Assembly: GCA_963724765.1 (NCBI GenBank)
Contig: CAVRVY010000003.1
Coordinates: forward strand, 928,001 to 992,000
DNA length: 64,000 nucleotides
Origin: an uncultured delta proteobacterium
GTDB lineage: Bacteria > Desulfobacterota > Binatia > Binatales > Binataceae
Direction of reading: 5' to 3'
The notes beneath the pieces were generated by a model. That model saw nothing but the letters and a program-made list of their open reading frames with translations. It was not told where the DNA came from and did no database searches. Shown piece after piece: positions 9,515 to 17,312 of the stretch (position 1 is its first letter; each line of letters opens with the position of its first letter). The translations under genes were made by a program, and so were the position numbers.

Positions 9515-9729
9515 GCGCCGAACGTCTCGCGCAGTTGAGAGACATGGGGACCGACCTGACTCGGTTCACGCTGGCGCCGACGCCGGAGGTGCGCGCGCCG
9601 GGATTCCAGCCCTACGAGATGAGCAACGGCAGGCCGGTAAAAACGAGTTGGAAGGAACGCGAGGAGCGGCTTGCTGAAGGCGCCGAAGTGCGACGTGCGG
9701 CGCAAGCCAAGGTCATCATCGAGGAGTGA
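9511..9729 (+). CDS. Hypothetical island protein
   Basis: GTGA overlap with upstream stop. Confidence 0.5.
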   Translation: MSAERLAQLRDMGTDLTRFTLAPTPEVRAPGFQPYEMSNGRPVKTSWKEREERLAEGAEVRRAAQAKVIIEE

Positions 9730-9794
9730 CGATTGCGAACAAAGTAGTGCGGCGCGAATCGCACGAATAGCCAGTAACTAATGGAGAATACGCA

Positions 9795-10019
9795 GTGGGA
9801 AACGAGGACGGACAACACAGGTCATCGACAACCGGGCCGCAGCCCAATAACGGTCAGCGCCAGCGGCAACATGATCCAAATTCGTCAGGGCCGCGATTGG
9901 GCCGGAGCATCGTGCCGCCGAGCCGGCCTGGCGCGGATATCGACACCGAATCGGGCGCCGCGGGGCGCGAGCGCGAGCGCGGGCTGCGCGACGCGATGCG
10001 CAACCGGCCCGGCAAGTAG
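9795..10019 (+). CDS. Small hydrophilic hypothetical protein
   Basis: RBS GGAG before GTG. Confidence 0.4.
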   Translation: MGNEDGQHRSSTTGPQPNNGQRQRQHDPNSSGPRLGRSIVPPSRPGADIDTESGAAGRERERGLRDAMRNRPGK

Positions 10020-10028
10020 AGCGCCCCA

Positions 10029-10720
10029 ATGGAAGTCACAATCGCCGGCAGGACCTTCAACCTGGAGCGGCTGTTGACGCCCGCCGGGCGCCGCGCGGCG
10101 CTAGCCGATCCCGAAATGCGCAACTCATTCGCGAGATACAACGCGACCCGAAGCAATTCGGATTCGGCGCCGATGACGTGCGCGGTATCGTGGAATGGAG
10201 CACGGGCGAATTTGACGGCGCGACCGCCCAAGAGCTGCGCGAGAATTTCGCGTCAGAGGAAACCATGAACGACAAACAAATGACCGAGCTGCAAAACCTT
10301 TACGCCAGCAGCGAATACAGACGCGCCTCGAATATGCGCACGGACCGCGCGAAGCTGAACGACCCCGCAAATCGTGCCGCGCGCCTGGCGTGGAACCGCG
10401 CGCAGGAGCTCGAGGCGGCCATGAAGGCGGAGCAGCCTGCCCGCCAAGATCGCGACTATGCGGGCAACCCGAAATCACCGGGCGGCGTGATGAAGCCGAC
10501 CGATCGTTACATCCCGACCACGATCAGCGACCTGGCGAAGCTGCCGCCGGTCGAGCAGGCCAACAAAGCCCGAGAACTGCGCGCCAGCATCCGCGACAAC
10601 AAGGCGCATCCGTACTGGAACGAGCACCACGAAGGCCACAAGCAGGCGGTCGAAGAAATGGCCGTGCTGTACAAGGCCGAGCAGCTAACGGATGGCACGC
10701 CGACGCTCGGCGAGGAATAG
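10029..10720 (+). pseudogene. Scaffold-like protein, frameshifted near 10120
   Basis: MEVTIAG...DPEMR joins LIREIQRDPKQFGFGADDVRGIVEW after a 1-nt shift; C-terminus HPYWNEHHEGHKQAVEEMAVLYK. Confidence 0.55.
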
Positions 10721-10740
10721 TCAGAAAAGGAGACTTAGTA

Positions 10741-10967
10741 ATGGCAAGCAACAAACTCAGAATTGGACAGCATAGGGATTCGAGCGGCAGCGCCCCTAAC
10801 TCCTTCAGAAATCAATTAGAAGCACTGCGGCCGACGTGGGGCAGCCCAGCGGCGGCGAGTTGAACAATGGCGCGGCGCCTGGCCCGAAGGCCGATTCGAT
10901 GGTCAATCGGACGCGTCACGACCCGAGCCGTGAGGCCGGTGAGGCGCGCGGAACGCGCAGGAAGTAG
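10741..10967 (+). pseudogene. Small hypothetical protein, probably frameshifted
   Basis: Strong RBS AAAGGAG; MASNKLRIG... continues in another frame as STAADVGQPSGG...GTRRK*. Confidence 0.35.
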
Positions 10968-11539
10968 AAGCAAGTGAAATCGGACAGCCATCGAGAAAAG
11001 AGCGCATTGACCCATCCCGTCAGTGAGCATCCTGACCGTCAGCCGCCAATATCAGTCACGGCAGCGGCGAACCGTTCCATCACACGCATCCGAGTGACTT
11101 GCGCCGATTTAATCGCGAGGCCGAGCCAGTCGAGATGCATCATCATCTACCCGAGAAATCGGGCGATGAGATTATGAGCGTCGCTCATCGCGAGCACGCA
11201 GCGCAACGCGCACCACGCGCGGCAGCGATGAAAGACACTAAGTCGCAAACCAGAAGCACCGGATCGCGTCAGCACCGGAAACCCTACGATCTCGTCGAGC
11301 GTGTCGCGCGCGCAGCAAAGCTCTGGTGGATCGATCACGAGCCAACGGTCAATGGATCGTCGGCGTCACAGTCTGAATCACGCGCAGAGCCAGGTCGATA
11401 GCTTCCTGATGCTTTGGCCTTGCAAACTCGGGATTGTCTTTCACTCGTTCCAACCCATCGGTAATGCGCTGCTTGATGCGGGCAGGGCGTTGACGTTCGA
11501 GCCGTCACCGGGATAAAAGTCGCGTGTTTAGAAACTCAA

Positions 11540-12763
11540 ATGATAATCTCGTGGAAGACGCCAACCTCCGGTCGTCAATTGAGCATTGCGGCCTGGATAC
11601 TGATTGCGCTCTATTTGCTCGGGTTTGCAATCTCGGCAGCGGTTCGCTCCCAAAGCGACTTCATCATTTACAGAAACGCCGGCATCCAGGCTGCTCATGG
11701 CGGCCAGATCTATGATTTTCAGGATCCGAGCCCATTCCAATACGCACCCATTTACGCCGTGGCTTTTATTTCATTGGGCCTCCCTCCCCTGCGCCTGGCG
11801 CAACTACTGTGGTTTCTGGTCAGCATGGTCATGGCCCTGCCCGCCATGGTCCTGGGCACGCGCCGCCTGCTATTTGGCCGCGGGTTCGAGCTGCGCTGGC
11901 AACTGATCGTTATCCCGGTCCTTCTATGTACAAGATTTCTCCATCCCAACTTCGATCATGGCCAGATCAACCTACTCCTCGTGGCGATGGTAGTATGGGG
12001 GCTCACGCTGGCGAATGAATCACGCTCGGTGGCGGCGGGAGCTCTTTTGGCGGCGTCGGTGCTGGCGAAGCCGTTCGGGTTGCCCGTGATTCTGTACCTG
12101 TTCGGACGGCGCCGCGTCCTTTTCATCATTTCCTTACTGTTTTTCGCTGTGGCCCTGCTCTGGCTGCCGTGCGTGATTGTGGGCGTCGGTTACACACTTC
12201 ATCAAACCGACGAGTATATAAGGAGCCTGACCACCCGGGTTCCTCACCTCTCGCACGATCTGTACAACAAGTATAACCAGTCGGCTGCCGCGATCGCCGT
12301 GCGGCTGTTCGCGGCCACGAAGCAGCGCGGCGGCCTGTTGAGTCAAAGTGCGGCCGCGAGCATCGGATTCGCCTTCCAATGCGCGCTCACATTTGTGGTT
12401 GTTGTCTGGATCGTACTGCGATGGAGCCGCACGACCGAGCAGAATACCCGGCTGTCCTTGGCGGCGCTGTTTTGCACCGCCGCGGCATTCTCACCGGTCT
12501 CGTGGCTCGAATACTACATGATGCTCGAGGTGCCATATATGGCGCTCGCGTTTATCGCCTGTTCCAAAGAGGCGACGGATCGCAGCCATGCGAGGGCGGC
12601 GCAATTCGTGCTGGCGGGCGCGCTGGTTTTGAACCTGGGCACCCGATTGTTCGAACCGGCCTTGTATTACGGCGCCGTATACTTCGGCTCGCTGGCGGTG
12701 CTCGTGACGATCCTGGCTCTGACCGGGTTCAAGGAGCCGCCGCCGCTCGAAGCCGCTTTGTGA
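11540..12763 (+). CDS. GT87/DUF2029 polytopic membrane glycosyltransferase (island cargo)
   Basis: SDFIIY, FQYAP, NFDHGQINLLL, LAKP, NQS, SPVSW motifs; many TM segments. Confidence 0.85.
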   Translation: MIISWKTPTSGRQLSIAAWILIALYLLGFAISAAVRSQSDFIIYRNAGIQAAHGGQIYDFQDPSPFQYAPIYAVAFISLGLPPLRLAQLLWFLVSMVMALPAMVLGTRRLLFGRGFELRWQLIVIPVLLCTRFLHPNFDHGQINLLLVAMVVWGLTLANESRSVAAGALLAASVLAKPFGLPVILYLFGRRRVLFIISLLFFAVALLWLPCVIVGVGYTLHQTDEYIRSLTTRVPHLSHDLYNKYNQSAAAIAVRLFAATKQRGGLLSQSAAASIGFAFQCALTFVVVVWIVLRWSRTTEQNTRLSLAALFCTAAAFSPVSWLEYYMMLEVPYMALAFIACSKEATDRSHARAAQFVLAGALVLNLGTRLFEPALYYGAVYFGSLAVLVTILALTGFKEPPPLEAAL

Positions 12764-13024
12764 CGTGAGCCGACTCGGCGGGCCCGGCTCAAGTGCCTGG
12801 ACGTTCTACGCAATTGCTTAGCGCCTCTCGACTCTTGTTGGGTGGGCGCCCTCTGGAAAGGGCCGGGTGTGCCGGGCGAGCGAACAAACGAGTTTCTAGC
12901 GTGGGCGCAACACATCGATGAATCGATGGACGTGCTGCGCGAGTTCGTGGATAAAGCCGCGCCGCCACCGAAGAGGAAACGCAGCGCTGCGCGGAAGCTG
13001 AAGCGGGCCGCCTGACCATCCCCA

Positions 13025-13083
13025 CCGGGCCGCTCGGGGCAACCTCCATATCCTTGGAGGGCCTTGCACCTGGGCGGCCCTTT
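13025..13083 (+). repeat. Structured hairpin repeat, copy 1 (terminator-like)
   Basis: 57/59 identical to 14045-14103; long bulged stem-loop plus T-tract. Confidence 0.85.
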
Positions 13084-13147
13084 TCTATTTCACGATAGCG
13101 CGAGATGATTATTCAGCGGTGCCGAACAATGGAGGGAGGAATCAAAC

Positions 13148-13626
13148 GTGGCAGAGAACAACACCGCGCTCGACGACATCTACTGCGACCTCGACGAAGT
13201 GCACGGCGAAGCCCTTTACGAGGGTACCAATAGCCTCAGAGAAATCGTCGTCCACGCGCTGTCGCGACTGCCGACCGAAGTCTACGAAGACCTGATGCAC
13301 GGCGAGCGCCCAGTCCATTTCTTCGGGCTCGGCGCCCACCAGTGGGGCGTAGCCCTTCGCTGGCATGTACCTTACCGCCGTGCGATAAGCCAAGCACACA
13401 CGAGATGGAGGTCATCGTGCTCAGCGGTCAGTTGTGCACCATGCCACCCGAAGAGGCCGTGTTCACCGTCGCTCACGAACTGGCTCACGTCTATCTCGGG
13501 CATACAGGGATTCATGCGTTGCCCCTCGGCGATAAGCCCCCGCAAGAAACCGAAGAGCGGGCCGACGACCTTGCAGCTCAGTGGCTCGGATTTAGGCCGG
13601 CGAATTTGGCACGGAAACGGCCCTAG
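13148..13626 (+). pseudogene. HExxH zinc metalloprotease (ImmA/IrrE- or M48-like), frameshifted near 13375-13390
   Basis: RBS GGAGGGAGG; N-terminus in ORF 13148, C-terminus AHELAH...EERADDLA in ORF 13342. Confidence 0.65.
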
Positions 13627-13767
13627 GAGCTTTCAGCCGGCATCAACCCCTGCCTCGACAGTCCAGAGGGGCGTCAGAATTAGCAGGGAAATCGTGTCGG
13701 CCATTCCTGAGCGCGATGACCGTCGCGCGTGCTTTGGTTTTCAGATCGCCTCTGCTAGATGGCAGGC

Positions 13768-14037
13768 ATGAAGCCCCACCACGCCGCTGCGCTTGCCTTG
13801 GTCGGCTGGTATCTGATGCAGCCGCCGCTGCCGCACCTCAATGGTCATCCTACCACCCCGCGCATCGCCGCCGGGCCCTTCTCAGGCTGGACAATAGCTG
13901 AGACCTTCCCTACCCAGAAGAAATGCGAGACCCACCGAAGCAATCCGTGGGACCGGTGCGTCGCCAGCAATGATCCGCGCCTCAAGGCAAAACAGGACAC
14001 GCCACCTTTCAAACTAGGACACTCGCCCTCAGATTAG
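13768..14037 (+). CDS. Small secreted two-Cys protein (AAALALVGWYLMxPP...CxxxDPRLK family)
   Basis: MKPHHAAALALVGWYLMQPP...C...RCVASNDPRLKAK; family recognised from memory as expanded in Binataceae. Confidence 0.6.
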   Translation: MKPHHAAALALVGWYLMQPPLPHLNGHPTTPRIAAGPFSGWTIAETFPTQKKCETHRSNPWDRCVASNDPRLKAKQDTPPFKLGHSPSD

Positions 14038-14044
14038 GACAGCG

Positions 14045-14103
14045 CCGGGCCGCTCGGGACAATCTCCATATCCTTGGAGGGCCTTGCACCTGGGCGGCCC
14101 TTT
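14045..14103 (+). repeat. Structured hairpin repeat, copy 2
   Basis: Exactly 1020 bp downstream of copy 1. Confidence 0.85.
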
Positions 14104-14124
14104 CCCTATCCGCAACGGCGCGAG

Positions 14125-14830
14125 ATGATGTCACGAGATGAAAACCAAGCTGATGATCGAAGAGGTTGGATCGTGATCTACTGCACAAAGTGCGGCGCCC
14201 CTGGGCCTGCGGACGTGAACTATTGTCGTAAATGCGGCGCCCACCGTACCCATCATCGGTTGCGCAAGGCGGTCGTTGTCGCCGTTGCGATTGTGGCCGG
14301 GTTCGGAATTCTCGGGGCGATAATCAGCGAGAAGAAGAACTCGCCGTTCGACAACCCAAAAGTGGCGGCGACTACGCCTGTTGAAAGTGCCGATATGTCG
14401 GCAGATCCAACGGGGATAGATCCGTACGTAACTCCAGAAATGGAGGCGGGAGAGCATTACCGCGCAAACATAGTGGCCATCCTAAAGCCTAGTCAAGAAA
14501 GCATGGGCGCCTTTGCCGAGCTGATGGAGTCTCCACAGATAGACGATCCTGGCTGGGCACTTCAGCTAGAAAAGACGATTATGCCTTGGCGTGAGACGTA
14601 TCGTGCTGCGATCACCATGAATCCGCCTGCGGACTGGCGGAATGTGCACACTTGCCTACTAACTAGCCTGTCCGAACTGAATCAAGCGGCTAACGACAGT
14701 CGCACGGGGCATCAGCTCTCGCGATCTTGCCGTTCTCTCGCTGGCGAACACTGAATTAGAAGAGAGCAGCCGTCTAATGGCGCAATGCTCGACACAAATC
14801 GATAGGGAGATTCAAGAGCCCCGCAAGTGA
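14125..14830 (+). pseudogene. Zinc-ribbon + single-TM membrane protein, probable frameshift near 14698
   Basis: YCTKCG..NYCRKCG, TM helix; the helical C-terminus VARGISSRDLAVL...EPRK* is in another frame and overlaps the next start. Confidence 0.55.
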
Positions 14831-15009
14831 GCAGCCGCCCCGCCATGCTCGATTACATCGCGCTCCTCGCCGCCTGGGTTTTGTGGGTGACGTTCCTGTT
14901 GAGCGGCCAACCCTACACACCGTCGAGCCCGTTCCGAAACTACCGCAGCCCGATCCACGACGCGCGACCAGTGCGAGCACCAGCACCAGCGCAGTTTGAC
15001 CGCGGTTAA
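14827..15009 (+). CDS. Small membrane hypothetical protein
   Basis: One hydrophobic segment. Confidence 0.35.
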   Translation: MSSRPAMLDYIALLAAWVLWVTFLLSGQPYTPSSPFRNYRSPIHDARPVRAPAPAQFDRG

Positions 15010-15052
15010 TACGCGCTGATAAATCCCGGACATACCCTACGGAGAAATCACG

Positions 15053-15361
15053 ATGGCCGATACGCAAATTGGACAATGGCTAAGGGCCAAATCGGAGCTG
15101 AAAACCGCAGAGGCCCTCCTGCGAAACATTTTGCTCGACACCCAGCGCTTGGCAAAATCGTTGGAGCAGTGGCGGTCAATCCAGCCGGACGGCCCCGGAG
15201 TGCGGTATCCTGGAACCAAGGACTCCTTTGAGCCGGATACCTGGCCAGACTGGCGAGCCGTTAATGCCGCCCTGAGGGCCTGCCACGAGGCTCAGCAGAA
15301 ATTCAGCCAAGCGGACGATGCGCTCACGCCTCAAGACCGGAAGCTTCTAGAGCCTGACTGA
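15053..15361 (+). CDS. Hypothetical island protein
   Basis: RBS GGAG; helical, non-shadow composition. Confidence 0.55.
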   Translation: MADTQIGQWLRAKSELKTAEALLRNILLDTQRLAKSLEQWRSIQPDGPGVRYPGTKDSFEPDTWPDWRAVNAALRACHEAQQKFSQADDALTPQDRKLLEPD

Positions 15362-15824
15362 GTCGTGTAAGCGCGCACCGAATAATTTGCCCGCCACAGC
15401 CGATATGAGGCGTCGCAATTCTGGACGCTGCCAACCCTGCCCGACGCTCTCACGACCCGTCAGGATTAGCGAGAAAATTACTGGCGCACGTTCCCGCTCT
15501 CGATGCCCGAGGACAGAGCCTGTTTCAAATCTCGTAAAAGTTCCCTGCTGAGAGGGACCCACGCGCGATCGCGCTCGCAAATTTTGGGGGTGTACCCCCG
15601 CCGACCTGGCAAAAGGATTGTTAGATCGATGCGCCGATTTCAGGATGGTCACCATCCGACGACGGTCACCATGGCGCCGGCGGGGATGGTCAGCGTGATG
15701 AGGTCGACGAGCTGCGCGTGGGCGTAAGTGACACAACTCTGACACAGCGGACACGAAGCGGTTGCGGGAGAAGCGTTTTACGCGGACCGTTTGTTTTGAC
15801 TGCGGGTGTTCACGGCCGTAGCAC

Positions 15825-16091
15825 CTAGGTAGCGGGCGGCTGCAATATCCGCTGAATTGTCGCGCATGGCATCGAACAGCAGTGCGTCCGCTGACCTGAC
15901 CTGATGTCAGAGCGCATTCGCGTGAACATCACGTTGCAGACCGCACACTGAAGCTCGACGCGATGACCTGGCGCCCATGCGACGCGCCACGGCCGGCCAT
16001 GCCATCGAAGGATTGCCACCTCGTGAGGATACGCGAGCGCGCCGGCCTGTCCAACCGGTCGAACACGGAAGTTAGTGACGCTTGGTGACAC
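15825..16091 (-). CDS. Small zinc-finger-like protein
   Basis: CAVC...HCCSMPC; RBS GAAGGA. Confidence 0.5.
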   Translation of the reverse strand: MSPSVTNFRVRPVGQAGALAYPHEVAILRWHGRPWRVAWAPGHRVELQCAVCNVMFTRMRSDIRSGQRTHCCSMPCATIQRILQPPAT

Positions 16092-16235
16092 ATATTCCTT
16101 CTTCAGAGGTTAGCGTGCGCGCGCCTGACTAGACCCTTAAAAATGGGAGAAGCGTCACCACCTGTCACAAGCGAGGGCGCGCTTTCAGAAAGTCGGCGAC
16201 TTTGTTGCAACTTTTGCCGTGACCCTTTGTTTGGG

Positions 16236-16961
16236 TCACCTGGGCTGGAGTCCAGCACCGCGAATTTTTCGTCGGTGATGATACCGGTCGTGATTGGCGC
16301 GGTAGCGGCGGGCGCGGAGAGCCTTGGTGTGCAATGGGCAAGCGCCGGGGGCGTTGCCGCTGGGGAGTAGGCGCCTAGCATAAAAGTAGGAACCGCAGAT
16401 TTCGCAGCGGCCGATTCGGCAGATCTCGGCGCCTTCGAGCGACGCCAGGTCCGGCATGAGGCCGCCGCCGCGGCGAACAACAATCCGGCCGGCCTTGTCA
16501 TGGTCGAGCGCGATCGAGACGCGGATATATGCGATCGTCGGTGTCGCGGTCGCGCCAGGCGTGTTGAGCTTCATCGCCGCATCGAGCACACGGCGCAGCA
16601 TCACGACATCGGCCTTGGCGTTCGCCGCCCTGCTCGCCTCAAGCGCGCGCTTCACGACGGTCCACCCGCCGAATTTCTCGTGATCTGGGCCATGCTCTTC
16701 CATGTGGTGCCTGACGAGCTCGCCCAGGTCGCGGTCGGTCTGGTCGAAGTTTGGGAACTCGGTGACGTTCGCGAAGGCGAACACTGCCTGTAATTTCGCG
16801 TTACGCCTGGCCGGTGAATCTGCTGCGCTTGGCGTTACTACTTTCGGTGCGTCACGCTTGACCAGCGCCGGCTGAAGGGTTGGCGTGACGGTGCATAACG
16901 CTTGGCGTATCCGTTTGGCGGTTCGAAGTTTGGAAGTACCTCGCGCTTTTTGCCTCGTCAT
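16236..16961 (-). CDS. Putative regulator with C-terminal CGNR-like zinc finger
   Basis: IGRCEICGSYF...ACPLH.KALRARRYR; divergent from xis-like gene. Confidence 0.55.
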   Translation of the reverse strand: MTRQKARGTSKLRTAKRIRQALCTVTPTLQPALVKRDAPKVVTPSAADSPARRNAKLQAVFAFANVTEFPNFDQTDRDLGELVRHHMEEHGPDHEKFGGWTVVKRALEASRAANAKADVVMLRRVLDAAMKLNTPGATATPTIAYIRVSIALDHDKAGRIVVRRGGGLMPDLASLEGAEICRIGRCEICGSYFYARRLLPSGNAPGACPLHTKALRARRYRANHDRYHHRRKIRGAGLQPR

Positions 16962-17042
16962 ATCTGTGCTCCGTAATGGGTTAGATGTAATGTCTTACAC
17001 AGTGGCCGACCAAAGGCAACCGTGACGACGAGGGCATTAGCG

Positions 17043-17249
17043 ATGCGTGAACACGGAAACGAAACAGGCGCGGCCTTTCTCGGGCCGCAGGAGTTTGGCT
17101 CGCGGCTCGAACCGCCGCTTTCGGCCGCACAAGTCCGGAAGCTATGCGACCACGGCCGGGTTAAGGCGTTCAAGACTCCGGGTTGCAACCGGATCATCCC
17201 GGCCGCCGAGCTGCAACGATTCGCGGCCGAACGTAGCAAGCGGCGGTAA
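17043..17249 (+). CDS. Excisionase/MerR-like HTH protein
   Basis: LSAAQVRKLCDHGRVKAFKTPG.NRII...ELQRF. Confidence 0.75.
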   Translation: MREHGNETGAAFLGPQEFGSRLEPPLSAAQVRKLCDHGRVKAFKTPGCNRIIPAAELQRFAAERSKRR

Positions 17250-17312
17250 AAAACAGGAACGCCGCGGGGCAAACCGCGGCGCGAAGAAGGGCAAGCGAAA
17301 GCACTACTGACA

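Noticed and set aside
12860-13015. Coding fragment ending ...FLAWAQHIDESMDVLREF...KLKRAA*
   Set aside because: Looks like a truncated gene end before hairpin copy 1, but no family can be assigned
13025-14103. Integron attC sites or CRISPR repeats
   Set aside because: No RYYYAAC/GTTRRRY ends, no intI, only two copies 1 kb apart; kept as an unexplained structured repeat
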